A stretch of DNA of 64,000 nt from the human T2T-CHM13v2.0 reference genome, Homo sapiens: assembly GCF_009914755.1 (NCBI RefSeq), contig NC_060926.1. One strand, written 5' to 3'. The notes beneath the pieces are model-generated. The model ran no database searches. It was given only the letters and a program-made list of their open reading frames with translations, and was not told the DNA's origin. A program made the position numbers and the translations under genes. Positions 44,071 through 57,202 of the stretch are shown here, piece after piece (within the stretch, counting starts at the first letter, position 1; every line of letters begins with the position of its first letter).

Positions 44071-45107
44071 CAGATTGTGATGCTCATTTTAGGTCCATAG
44101 CAGATCAAGTCAATGGGGGTGGCGGGGGCAGGGATCCCTTGGGAAGTGGAGCACTCAGCCCACCGCTATGGGAGCTGGGCCCACAGCTCTCTGCTCCGCA
44201 AGTTCCTGCAAGAGGCTGGTGTTGGGTGCCTGGCAGATCCCAGGGTTGGTCACCAAGGGTCACAGCTCAGAGCACACTGACCTGAGCACCCCATGGTAGC
44301 TGCCGAGATAGAAGAGGACTGGGGAGGAGGTCATGGCGACCTTGTGGGGACTAAGTGGCGCTTCTGAAGAGGGCCACACTCCTCTCTCCTTTCCCAATAG
44401 ACCAACTGGCAAATTCATCCCGATTTTACATAAAACATTTCTGCTGACACCCAAGATTCCTGTAATTCTACCCTCAGCACTTGTCAGGACATATGTATTT
44501 TATCCAATAAGTTGTTTCCTTTGTAAGTGGAACTCAAGTGCCACCTGAATATGTATTTGTTGGTTTCTTGTATTATTTCTGAAGAGAGAAAAAAACAGTC
44601 TTTAAGAAAAACAAAAAAATGAAAGACCTTGTGCTTTGAGACTCCAGAAAAGGGGTTGGGGGTCGTGGGGCAACACTGAATCTCTCAGCCATTGTGAGAG
44701 GAAGCAAATCAACCCCCTGGGAAAGGATCACTGTGGAGAGGAAGACAGGAGGAGGCTGAGGCTCTGAGGGCCAACCAAGAGTCAGAGGAAAAGATAGAAG
44801 CCAGCCTGACTCTGAAAATCAGAAACACTGCCGGGACCCAACAGCAGGAACACCTTCCGCTCGGCCATGGAGCACTGGAGCATGTGGGGCTGAATCCACA
44901 AAGCGGGGGATGCTTGTCTCCAGCCGGTCTCTTTGCACACTGGCTGATAAAGCTCTTTTGCCTCCTCCACTGGAAACGAAAGGCTGTTGCACAGCTCCAT
45001 GGGGCCAGAACCAAACCCAGTTTCCCCAGCCTAGGGGTGATTCTGACAATCGCTGCTATGGAAACAAGACTGCCAAGAACGTCACACCCAGGAAACTTTC
45101 AATATAC

Positions 45108-45113
45108 TTTATT
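45108..45113 (-). terminator. Polyadenylation signal AATAAA of COL6A3
   Basis: + strand tttatt; followed on the minus strand by GU-rich GGGTGTGACGTTCTTGG...TCTTGTTT. Confidence 0.85.
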
Positions 45114-45675
45114 AAAAAGTTTCTTTGTATAAATTTCCTAAACATTTTAAAATTAAAATTAAATCCCCTCCCTCCAGCACACAAAAAAAAAAAACACACA
45201 ACATTAGAGGAATGCCAAAAATATTCTCTATTACAACTTTTTTAAATTCTTTAATTAAGGCATTGGTCCCAACGGTGCACATAGATTAAGGGATTTTGCT
45301 TCCTTCTGAACTAGATCATTTGTTAGAGGCTTCAGAAAAAGAAAATTAGCTTGAAATCTAGTCTGGGAAATTGGGGGCAGGGAATGAAAAAGTTGGTCTC
45401 TTGTTTCTCCACGATACACAGGCTTCCCATCTAAAGTCATGCTTAACTAAAAGGGAAAAAAAATGAACCAAGCAAAAGTATATAGAGTAGCCGTGACATT
45501 TGCATTATTTTCTAGACTTTACATTTGCCTGCAACAGGCATAACATGAAACTCCAGAGGGAATTTGGATTGATAGGAATGTTCACATAAACACCAGCAGT
45601 GGCTAACTGTTACACAACATTCAAAGTATTCGAGAGAACTGCCTGGAGACAGAGAGCGAGGGTCCACAGACACAT

Positions 45676-45683
45676 TAGCACCA
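45676..45683 (-). promoter_or_regulatory. miR-29 family 8mer target site in the COL6A3 3'UTR
   Basis: + strand tagcacca is mRNA UGGUGCUA, the 8mer match to the miR-29 seed; miR-29 regulation of collagen mRNAs is established. Confidence 0.8.
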
Positions 45684-45848
45684 TACTGATAGGTCATGCA
45701 GCAGGATGTTCCCTCCCGAGTTCGAGTGTAAATCAAAGCATGAAATGATACAGTGCAAGGGAATCTACACCCGGAGCTTCTACAGAGACAAGTTGGCGAT
45801 GGCTGACTCCTTCTTCTTCAAGAGGTATATGATGTTGGCCACCCACGC

Positions 45849-45889
45849 TTAGGTTCCCATCACACTGATGACTCCGGGTTTGGCGAGCA
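45849..45889 (-). CDS. COL6A3: COL6A3 last exon coding part, including stop codon
   Basis: gacgctcag|TGCTCGCC...GGAACCTAA encodes (V)LAKPGVISVMGT*, the known alpha-3(VI) C-terminus. Confidence 0.95.
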
Positions 45890-46634
45890 CTGAGCGTCGA
45901 GAGAGGGGGTGGGTGGGGTGAGGTGAGGAGCCGAGAGAAGAGAGGAAAAGCCACATTACTGACCCAAAAGGGCACTGTCATTATCATGACACAGTCCCGC
46001 AGCCTCTGGTTTCCATCACCTGTCCCACTTTTCTACTCAGTACCATCAAAGGCCCTCTGTGACGTTCTTGGCCTGGGGCCCCGGGGCCCAGGGATGACTG
46101 GGAAATCTGATCCCATTCTTTTGCCCTGCACCATCTACCAGGCCTTTATACGAACTGAACTCTCCCCATTCTGGCACTGACCCCAGGCTCTGTTCAAAGT
46201 GTTTATTTTATTACCAGTTGAACTGCACAATATAATGGAGATACTGGATGGCCCCAGTGACAACATTGTTATTTATAGGAAGCAAAACTATTTAAAAGAT
46301 AAATTTGTGGGGGTTGTTTATCTTTGGCGTTATCTGTAGTTGTTCATTATATTATCTTCCCAGGAATCATTTTTGGTGCAATATTTTACAAATAACAGCA
46401 ACTTAGTAACATTTCTGAAGAATGACAAGGGACAATATGTTTTTAGAAACCCAAAATAGGAATTCAAAAAGACATTTCATGGGTTGTATTTGAACGTCTT
46501 CCTTATCTGAGGATACACTTTATCTTCTTTTTCACATGTATCATAATCATTGCACTTCTAATATTTTTCAAGGTGACTTATTGACCTGAATCTCTTATTT
46601 GCAGAAGCCATAAACACAAGGAAGAATCACTTAC

Positions 46635-46799
46635 CAGGAGCGCAAACCTTTTCACATTCTTTCTGTGATCCAAATTTGTTTTCGTTTCCACCACAACCTC
46701 CATACCAGAATCTTGCACAGCTTTTGGTGTTTGGATCATAGTACCATTTTAATATGAAATCCCTGCAAGTTCCTTCGTCTTTCGGCAACTTGCATATAT
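46635..46799 (-). CDS. COL6A3: COL6A3 exon 43: Kunitz/BPTI domain (C5, endotrophin core)
   Basis: ttttattaaag|ATATATGC...GCTCCTG|gtaagt. 165 nt encoding (D)[54 protein letters not shown], with six Cys and the FxYGGCxGNxNxF Kunitz motif. Confidence 0.98.
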
Positions 46800-47317
46800 C
46801 TTTAATAAAAACATGAGAAAAGGATATTAATGAGAACATGCGTGTTACTCGGCTCCCAGTGCTGGGGCTGACAGTCTGATGACCCTACTGTGGCAGAAGG
46901 AAAAAAAAGAAGAGCTTCCAGGTGAAAACTCCCTTAACCTGCTCAAATCTCCATTTCCTCACTGCCATATGGACATAGGAATTGCTTACAGCCTTGTGAG
47001 AGATAGATGAAATTATATCAATGAAAGGGCTTCATAAACAGCACTCAGAATCCCAAATGCTGGCAATGGTTATTGAATAATTTTAAATGAAATGAATTGT
47101 TTTTCCCCTTTCCAATCACTGGGCCATTTGCCCTCCAAGTCCTTCCATGTTAAATCCCCAGAAAAGAAACTGAATTTTAAAACCTCAGGGTTTTATAATT
47201 CTTGGCAAAATGGAAATTCGATTCTGTTGGGATATAGTTCAAAAATAAGGCTCTACCTTTCATTACAAGCCAAGTAGACTGAAAATTAAAGGTAAAGCAG
47301 AAAAGAAAATCCTTTAT

Positions 47318-47319
<2 letters not shown>

Positions 47320-47351
<32 letters not shown>
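47320..47351 (+). repeat. (TG)n microsatellite in COL6A3 intron 42
   Basis: About 15 perfect TG units. Confidence 0.95.
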
Positions 47352-47354
<3 letters not shown>

Positions 47355-50130
47355 CACGTATGTGTGGTAGCCAAGAGCCTTTGTGACCTGCCAAATGAAA
47401 CACGTAAAACAAAGAGCTAGCACTGATGTAAAATTCATGATGGCAAAAATGTCACATAGCAGAACTATTTTGAAGACAGAGAAGCATTCTTTTCCCAGTT
47501 AAGGAAGTTTATGTTTCAAATGCACACGTCTGATGTAGCCCAGCTGCAAAGTAAAGCAAAGGTCCCCTCGACGCCTGGAGAGAAGAGTTTACAGTTCACA
47601 CACAGCACGACTCCTGTTTACAGAGTTTTCTGGCAAACTCCAGATTGTTCTGGGAAAGAGAAGCATTGATGTCAACTGTTATCTGTAAGTTTGAAAACGT
47701 AAACCTTCTTTCTCCAAAACTCCCTGGAGCCAATAATTCTGCATGTTCCTGTGAGTAGCTAACAGGCTGGAATTATCCAGCTCTCCCCTACAAAGAGATG
47801 CTTCTCCATCTCCTTTGTCCCCAGCGAGGCAGGCTGCTCACAGCTGCGGAGGTGGTGAGCATCTGTGCTTCAGATAGATACCAAAAAGGACAAGGAAAAC
47901 CTAAGTCTTCAGTGGATAATCATAGCTTGGATCACCCACGATGGACCAGACTCAAAGGTGCACAGGACTGAGGCTCAGAATTGGTCTAAAACATTTCCTG
48001 GTTGCTGCTGTCACCCAAATTCCAGGCTGGTGGCTGGTGGCTCCACAGTTACAACACCTCCTAGTTGCAGACGCTCTCAGGGCCCAGAAAGCCAGTGGTC
48101 CCCACGAGAGCCTTTGAAGACTCCAGGAAGTCAGAATAAAATGAAGACAATTTACAAAAACAACCTTCTTTCTCTCAAATATGCCAATAACTGAAGGAAA
48201 ATGCCTGGCTGTCAAGGAAGGTCCTGGAGAGAACTGACAAGGCAAGGTAATTTAACCATCAAAATTTATTCCTCATTTACTGGTGGCTTCCCTGTTAGCG
48301 TGAGGCCGGCGTCAAATGATCTCCCTATTCTTCCTTCCTTCCCAGAGCGTTGGCCAATGGACCCTATTTGCTCTATTTTATTTGTTTCAAGTGCACTTCA
48401 GTCCTGACCATCTGTGTTTAGCTGTTCAATTCCCAGTCCCCTGGGCTCTGCTGAACCAGTCACGAGAGGTCTGCCCAGAGCCACGGACACCCAGCCCATG
48501 AGTGGCCTCACAGCAGCACACTCCACTCCCCGTCTGATTGGCTTCTCCAGCTTCCTTGGCCCTCCACCCTAGCCCTCCAGTTCCACACCACGGCACTGGT
48601 GTTTTCTGCCCTTATTTCAGTGAGAGTCACTACTGAGACCCTGTAAGATTTACTAGTGGAAAATAAGGACACTGTTACTGTGGACAAGAAGATATTTGGA
48701 AAACCAAGAGAAATATATTAGTGAGGTGAGAACCCGGCACTATTCAAAGACAAAAACCTGTACTTCTCTACTTCTGAAGCATGAAAACGGAGGATTTTAT
48801 GTTCTTAAGAAGGCTTCTAATGCAAACTCCACATAATCTTGACTTCTGAGACATGTCGTTTTGGCTGGACTCTACTCAGCTATGAGTGCATATGTTAAAG
48901 CAACTGTTTTAAAGCAAAAAAAAAAAAAAGTATTTAAATGTCCTGGAGTACCAAGGGAGATGGCTGGCCCTCGTTGAACTTAACCTGGACTTTTCCCTAG
49001 AACGACACGTCTTTGGATGCAATAGTTGTTCATCTTTTCCCTCTGAAATCAGTCTGCCCCCCAGGTATAACCTGTAGGAAGCTAGAGCCTTCTCTTTATG
49101 TGAGAGGAGCGCATGGCTGAGTCTTCCTTAATTTGCTCTTCTTTATTATTGAGAACCTAGTGGGAGCCTAAAAGACAATGGGGACTGAAAATTATCCACA
49201 ACCTTCCCCGGCTTCCTAACCTAGAATACCAATGTAACTAAGTTTGCTTGGAAAACAGAGAGGGGAAAGGCTGCCTGACTCAGACCACTGTCTGCTGAAA
49301 CTTCCTTACTATTGGTCACTGGGCTTCAGGAAAGTAACCAAATAGAAGAGAGGAAATGGAGGCAAGCACAATGTTAGGTTAAAACCCTGTTCTGGGAATC
49401 CCACCTGTTCCCAGAAGCCACAGGTGCCTACCTAGAACATCCTAAAAACAACCATTCAAAAACACTGGGGCGCAAGGCACCCTAAGCCCCACAGTCCATT
49501 TTTGTAATAATGATGTGCAGGAGTGGATGTGCATGTGCGATGCATGCACCTTCCCACAAGCAATAATATTCATAGAAAAAAATAGGAAGGCTATGCATCG
49601 GGTCACTATTGGTTTTCATCAAAAGCCAGCAATGCTGTCACAATGAGAATCGTGTAATATATTTCTCTGTACCTCCTGAATGCTTGACAATGCATATCTG
49701 TTAACTTTATAATCAGCAAAAAATATATGTATTCTTCAAAGTGGAAAACATATTGATTGGAAAATCTTGTCTTTTTCATAGTTTGATATTCCCATAGTGT
49801 TTCAATGCATTTTTAAAGGCATCAGCTTTGACATTTCCCAAACATATTGATTTCCAAATCACGATGTAAGTACTTCCTTGAGCAAACTGAAGGAAGACAG
49901 ACTGAGAGGTGTTTATGCTGCAATCATCAACATGTTCCTCATCAGTTTAATGGTCCCCAAAACAAGAAAATTCAATCACCTTCTCACTCGGCATTGTTGT
50001 TACAGTATAAAGTACTTCCATACCTTGGATGCAGGTATGATTTGCCTGAATGAAAACACTTTCCGCCGTCTACATTTTGAGCATTGGTCAGTTCAAAGGG
50101 TACCAAGGAAACTTACCAAATTTTTAACTT

Positions 50131-50467
<337 letters not shown>

Positions 50468-52573
50468 TAAATTTTACTCTTTCAGATCTTGACCAACAGA
50501 CTTCTATTTTTTAAGACTTCAAGATAAAAAACACTCCTTTGGGCTCATCATAACCCACACATGACAACTAACCAGAAAACATCCTCACACAGCGATGAAC
50601 AACAGACAGCCTGGAGAGGACCATTTCCTAAATCCCTGTAGCTATTTAACTTACTTCAGCTGTGGGATTAGTTTGTTCTTTAAATTATTATTAACATAAA
50701 GTCAGGTATTTCCCCCAAATATACCATTTTATGCTAATTGATGATATATATTCACATGGAACATGGCCAACCAAATACTGTATTGTATCCAATATAAGAG
50801 CTCTTAATTTTATGATGCACCATTATTTTATGTTCCACTAAGTAACACAAAATGCTACCAATAAACCATGATATATTGTCAATTCTAAGTCACATTTCAG
50901 TTTCAGAAGTGTCCCAATGAGAAGAAAATTGTGCATCTTAGAATCAATAAGTAAAACGTTAGTAAACACAAAATGATGGTTCCTTCAGGGCTATACAATT
51001 GGCCCAGTCATGTCTACTCGGACAAAATGTGATCAGTTCTACAGATTGCTAATTTCAAGAATAAATAATAAAGGACATGATGATTTTGTTAGTTGTTTTG
51101 TCTAGTTTCTGCATTGAAACTTCTTTAACACAGGTGATTAAGCCAATAATTTAGGATTCATTTTGTAATACTGCAAAAAGTAAATTTTAAGTTAGATTTT
51201 TGTTGTTGTTGTTGTTGTTTAGAAATTCTAGACAGTCTTAGCTTTAATAGTAATATGCATAGAAAATATCTATCCAAAGCTTCCTTAGCTAAAAATGAGA
51301 AGGGAGAAGAGGGAGGTGGTAACAAAAGCCTGAAACCAAAATTAGCAACTACGTAGCACTGTCAAAATCAGCAGCGACAAAGCAGGTGGCAGAAAGGCCC
51401 AGCACACCCATGCTTTCAGGGGCCCACGGTAACGAATGAAAGATCCACTGCTGCTCACTGCCATTTACAGGCAGCAGATGTGTGACAGAAAAGTGGCTGG
51501 AGCATAATTCTTTTAGATGCCGAGCAAAGCAAAAAGTGGAGTGAGATGTTTTTGTGGGGGTTCATTTGGTTTTATTTAAAAAAATACAAATATTAACCAC
51601 TGAAAATCAAATCATGTAATATTGTAAAGCTGGAATCCTGAGTGGTTGCTAACGATGCCCTAGGTATATTAATGGAATCAAGGCCTGTTAACAGAATCAA
51701 CCTTCATCTCAAAGGCGAGAGTCTCCCTGCCACATACCAAACAGGGCCAGATCTTATGGAGGACAAAAAATGCCCCAACCAGACTGCCCTCGCATTACAT
51801 GCCTGACTCACATTCCTGATAAACAAGCATCTATTCAATGTGACTGTCAAAATGGGCAAACATTAACATATGCAAATGAAAACCAATGGTAACACTGGTC
51901 CTCTCCTCTTCCCCTGCCTTAGGTGCCCAGGACTAGGAACCTTTTCATTTCAGAGTGTTTCTACCTACAAATTCCTTCACAGATTCAAACACAGGTCACC
52001 AGGTTCCCAGAATCTAACATGATAAACTATGAAAAATACAGATTCTTAAGACAGCATCTTTTATTCACAGAAGTAAAAAAGCAAACAGTAGCATCTACTA
52101 TTTAATACTAAGAAAGGGACCCATCTCTGTAAACATGTTTCTAATTAATGGATGCTGCAGAAAGTAAGAGGAATGAAAATGGACACATGTAAATATAAAA
52201 AATATATTTTTAAAACTTCATTTTGCCTGAATGGTCTAGAAAATGTATATTTGGAGAAATAATGCATATCGTGGTCATTGGAATTTGGATGCAAAATATA
52301 CATGCAACTACTGAGTAAGCATGCAGTTATTATCTTTTTTTAGTTATTTAATAAAGAGTGGTTCATTGTCACTCCTTTTCCTATATCCAAATATATAAAA
52401 ACCATTAAAAAATTTTCCCCCCACCCCAGGGGAAATAGTTAAAATGACAATTATAGGAGAAGGTGAGGAGGGGAGGGAGAGAGGTTGGTAGGGGTGGGGA
52501 GGATAAGGATTCCTCTCCTAATTCTGGTTATCCATTTTGAATTTTAGACATTTTTAAGTAAATGTCCCATTTA

Positions 52574-52652
52574 TTAGGTCGGTGCGAAAGTAATTCCAGT
52601 TGTTGCCATTACTGTCAGTGGCAAAACTGCAATTGCTTTCGCACCAACCTAG
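52574..52652. mobile_element. MADE1 (Hsmar1-derived mariner MITE)
   Basis: 79-bp palindrome ttaggtcggtgcgaaagtaatt...aattgctttcgcaccaacctag flanked by TA on both sides. Confidence 0.92.
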
Positions 52653-53130
52653 TAATTCAAAAAGAGCTCTCAAAAATGCCATAACTGTGTGTACACCAAC
52701 ATATATTCATCAGGCCAAGGCAGGTTAAGTGCTTGTTTGTTACTATGAAGTCATTAAGTTTAAGAGATCAGAGATCAATTATGCAGGGCCTTGTTCTTTT
52801 TTTTTAAAAAAAAAAAGGTAATTTATGTCTTCACCCTGGGAAGGAAAACACACATATGCATGTGTACACACATACATACACAGACACACACACATGAAAT
52901 GGTGAGAGGACATTCACATCCTGGGTCTGAGGGTTATGCCCCAATTAGTATGAAGGAGAAAGGTTTTATTTAGATTCATCTGTATCAACTACTTGCAGCC
53001 TTGAAAGAAACACAAGCCCCAATTTCAAAAGCTCTTTTCTCTTTATCACAGGTAGACAGGCGATCTCAGTGTTAAAGGTCTGGATCAAAAGCACCTTCTT
53101 AATTCTGAACCTCACAACTCTCTCCCCCCA

Positions 53131-53146
53131 TCTCTCTCTCTCTCTC

Positions 53147-53180
<34 letters not shown>
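53131..53180 (+). repeat. Compound (TC)n-(TA)n microsatellite
   Basis: tctctctc...tacatatatata... Confidence 0.95.
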
Positions 53181-53184
<4 letters not shown>

Positions 53185-54514
53185 AAAAGAAAAACAAAAC
53201 AGCCCAGCCAGACCCTTGCTGAAAGACATTGTTGTTTATATGAACTAGGCACTGTTTATACAATCTTGTCCCTTTTGGACCACACATAAGAGAATCAAAA
53301 ACATCCCCAAATCTTGCTGTCTAGTTTACTCATTATTGATCTCTGATCTCTAGTTTACTCCAAGTCTTTTTCTCTCAATGAAGCACTAAATTGGCTAAAA
53401 TTTTTCTATTTCCCACACTGTATTCAGGGAGAAGTTAACCAATGAGTGAGAAATGACATACACAGATTTCAGCAACTTTGAAGTTAGAGTTGAATCTGTC
53501 CTGACCCACACCTTTGGGGAAAATCTACTGTGTTCTTTGTGGCTTCTCTTTGAGCTCAAGCACCATGGTGGGGTCGCCTAACAGGCTCACTCAACAAACA
53601 CCTTTAAAATCAATTACAGAAATGAGCATTGTGAAGAGAAATGCTTTCCTCCTCCTGACAGTAGACGATACACCAAAAAATAATGAATTGTCCCCTAGTT
53701 AGCAGAAAGCTTTTGCTTCAGGTGTATAAAACAGTATTATATCTAAATTCCCATGGCATTTCCATTTTTTATGTTAGTACCATCATTCTTTGCTGAACAC
53801 TCTTAAGCAAAGCCTATCAACTATTTTAATAATCAGTTTCTCACCGATGAACAAGCCAAGTCCACATTCTGTTGAATGAGAGATTCCAGGTCTCTCAGAG
53901 TTTCACTGCCCAAGAACAAAAGCAAGTAACAGCTGTCAGTTCCTGAATTACACCTAACCAGTCACTAACTTAGCATAGACTATGCACACACTCTGGGGTT
54001 CAAGCACATGAGAGACAGTATCACAGACTCACACACTAAGCTGGGGTGTGTGCTTAGGATGTCTGGACCAGAACACCCCATGGGTCAGATCCAAACCCAT
54101 GCATTTCATGGATTCCAGCCAAATTTGTCTTGTGTTCTTCTAAGCAGTTTTTTTATTAGATTAAATCACTGAGTAAATGAAACGCCAATCTTCACAGCAT
54201 CACAGACCACAAATCAACTCGAGTCCCAGTATGAGGCACAGGAGAAATGTCTAATGGATACGTGAATTCTAGTGATAGCCCCAAAAGCACCTCCCATCAA
54301 ATTTTCACTGAGTCTGATCACAGGTAAAGTAAGACTCCATTTACACCTGGGATTATGCAGAATAAGATGATGTTGGGCTGCACAGAGCTGACGTGGACCT
54401 TTTCCCCCATAGAAGTCATGCCTGGGCTAAGACTTAGAACCCAGGAAGTTAAATTGGAATCAAGATGGGTATTTTCTTAGTGCCATTAATGGACCTAATA
54501 GTTTCACAACTCAC

Positions 54515-54613
54515 CTGTTTCAGTGAGAGCCAATGGTTCTGTGCTCACCATTAGATTGATGGTTGAACTAGAAGCTGACCTTGCTGGCTGTGGAGGTGGG
54601 GGCTGAGATTTCT
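54515..54613 (-). CDS. COL6A3: COL6A3 exon 42: C4-C5 linker
   Basis: cttttatag|AGAAATCTC...GAAACAG|gtgagt. 99 nt, phase 1-1, encoding (K)[32 protein letters not shown]. Confidence 0.95.
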
Positions 54614-55693
54614 CTATAAAAGAAAAATATATGCAACTCGTAGGTAAATCAGAAACAGGAGGGCTTGGGAATCCTTAGTGACTGATATAAGGTTGCCTGC
54701 TGTGATTAATGTCTTATGTTGGGGAGTGGTGATTGAAAGACACAGATCCAAGACACCTCTACATCCACGACTTATGCTGTGGGCTACAAGTTGGATCCAT
54801 GAGCTAATAAGCGACGGGAGGGGATCCCTGAACTTCTGAACAAATCCTCTCACTTCCCAGACAGCCTCTTCTGCTGCTGTCCAGGAAAATAGAGCCCTAG
54901 GGTTGACTGGGTCTTTGGACTCATATCTCTATGGGCCTAATCCATGGCACTGGTGGGAATTCCCTTTCCTCAAACTGGTTCCTTGATCTGAATAGCATTG
55001 GCCTGAAGAAAAGAGGAGCCTTCCCTTCACATTCCTGGAGCAGTGGGGGTCAAGAAGAATGGGAGGGGGGAACCCAGAAGAATTTAGAAAGATGAGAGAG
55101 GGGACCATGAATAATTAAGAAAAGCTGTGACAGCACTCAAGTGCAGGCCTCAGTGAAATGGGGGGGCCCCTGGGGACAACAGCCAGCCAAGGGCAGAGCC
55201 CAACTATGGTGAGATCAGGGCAGGGAGACTCAGCTATCGACATCCTCCACCCCCGGGGCGGTGAGACTTCAGGGACACCTCCATTACTCCCTAAGGAGCC
55301 AGTGACTGGCTGGTGTTTTCCTGAACATGGAAACCTGGACGGGGTGGTGGGCAACCAGGAGCCCTCACCGGGAGACGTGGCCATCTTTCCCGGGTGCAAT
55401 GTTGGAAAGGGCTGTGCTCAGGCGACGTGGATCTGGCTTCCTCCAAAAAGTAGCCCAGGACCCAGAGGGCAGGACTGCATCCCACATGGAATCCCATTTC
55501 CATTCTGTGTTTTATAAGCTTAGGCTGCCACCAAAGCACCCAGGCTGAGTTGTTTTGTTGTTGTTGCTGTTGTTGTTGTTTTTTGAATTTGTGGTTATTT
55601 CAGAATAGATTCAATAAGTAAGTGTCTCCTTTGTGTCCTATTTGATACTCTACATAGAAATCAGGTACCGACTTGTACTGATCATGTACTTAC

Positions 55694-55957
55694 TTGTACT
55701 GAAACTTCCGTGGTAGGTGGCTCTGACCTGAGACCTCAGGTAGCAGACCACAGCCACATGGTATGTCTGCCCAGCGAGCAGGCCTCCAATGACGCGGTCC
55801 GTGACCGTGAGGTTCTGCTTCAGAACCAGGGACTGATCATGGGCTGAGGTGACGGTGAGGTCATAAAAATAAGGACCGGGGGGCTCAGGCCTCTCCCAGT
55901 GGAGTTTGGCGCTGTTCTCTGTTATCTCAAACACCTGGACTTCACGGGACATCTTAA
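55694..55957 (-). CDS. COL6A3: COL6A3 exon 41: fibronectin type III domain (C4)
   Basis: tctttcag|TTAAGATG...AGTACAA|gtaagt. 264 nt, phase 1-1, encoding [35 protein letters not shown]...YHGSFST with the FN3 W and Y signature residues. Confidence 0.96.
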
Positions 55958-56528
55958 CTGAAAGATAGATCAGAGCGTGAAGATAAAAAATAAAATCCTC
56001 CATGACTGTAGTGCATGAGCGAGAGAGGAAATCTGAAAGGGATGTGTTAACAGACAAATTGACTTGAAATTTAGCTGAGGTGGGGAACTAATTTCTTGTT
56101 CAAGCCCCTAAAAAACATTGCTCTTATAATCTATCAGCATACATGAAATGTGAAATTCACAGTAATGAAAAATCTCATTATTCATCAACTTTTTTTTCTA
56201 TTAAAAATCTCGCCTGTTAAGAAGATACTTTGGAAATGCAGCATACTAATCCTAAGTTGTGTTTGCTACAAAATTAGGCCCATAATTTAAAATATATTAA
56301 GTCATAAAATTTTAGGGTATGACATGAAATTCTTTTAAAGGAATTCTGCTTTCTCTCTCATACTGTTCATCAAATGAAGATAATTTCCATTTTATCATGA
56401 GCCTTCCTTTACAGCTTGTGACATTCGGTAGTGTCTTCCAGTATCTTCTTTAGGAAAATGATAAAATAACATACTCTTGGTCTCATTAAAGCCATCTACC
56501 TTTTGTATCTAATTCAGTCTGAAATATA

Positions 56529-56573
56529 TTAAGTTGGTGCAGAGTCATTGTGGTTTTTGCCATTGCTTTCAAT
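56529..56573. mobile_element. Half MADE1 in COL6A3 intron 40
   Basis: ta|ttaagttggtgcagagtcattgtggtttttgccattgctttcaat: one TIR plus spacer. Confidence 0.8.
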
Positions 56574-57202
56574 ATTTTTCTCATGGTCAGCATGAGCATA
56601 GATTTGAGCCTTGGGGAATGACTGATGGTCCAGGCTCTGACTTTTCAAGCTGCTGGACTGAACACCCAGTATTGCCACAGCACACAGCTTAGGGCCCCTT
56701 TTCTGTGGGTATGAGGCAGAGACAAAGTTTGCAGTTGCAAAGGGCTCCCCCAGACCTTTTCAAGGCATGTTCTAAGGTAGGCGAGTCCGGCTCCATACAC
56801 CAGCCCAGAAACATCTGCCTTGCTGCCTAAGAACCAACTGCAGCGTTTTTCTTTCTGTCTCTCTCACTCCCTAAATAGGAGCTAAAACCTTATTTCAACA
56901 TGGAAACTTTTCCCTTTAGTTTAAGACAACTCAATTTTCAGGTGAGGTGAGCTGTGCCCCCACTGACATTCCAGAGAGAATGAGAGCTTCCCATCCCTAC
57001 CGCAAGACAGGATTGAGGGCACAGGATGGGGAGTGGGAGGCTGGAATCCCTAACCAACACCTCTTAAAATACATCATCCAGGTGTACAAGCCCAGATCAA
57101 GGACTGTATTCTGAGTGTGTTACATGCAGGCTTTGAGGAACACACCCTGGAGCAGGAAATGAGGATGTCACAAGATGGCAGCCCTAGCAAGGGCTTTCTT
57201 AC

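Larger units (their letters stand above)
45088..45848 (-). other. COL6A3: COL6A3 3'UTR (3' end approximate)
   Basis: Runs from the TAA to about 20 nt beyond AATAAA at 45108-45113. Repeat-free, with a U-rich distal part. Confidence 0.85.

Noticed and set aside
54612-54616. Tandem AG at the exon 42 acceptor (tagAG)
   Set aside because: The spacing is 2 nt, not NAGNAG; using the distal AG would frameshift and nothing suggests it is used.
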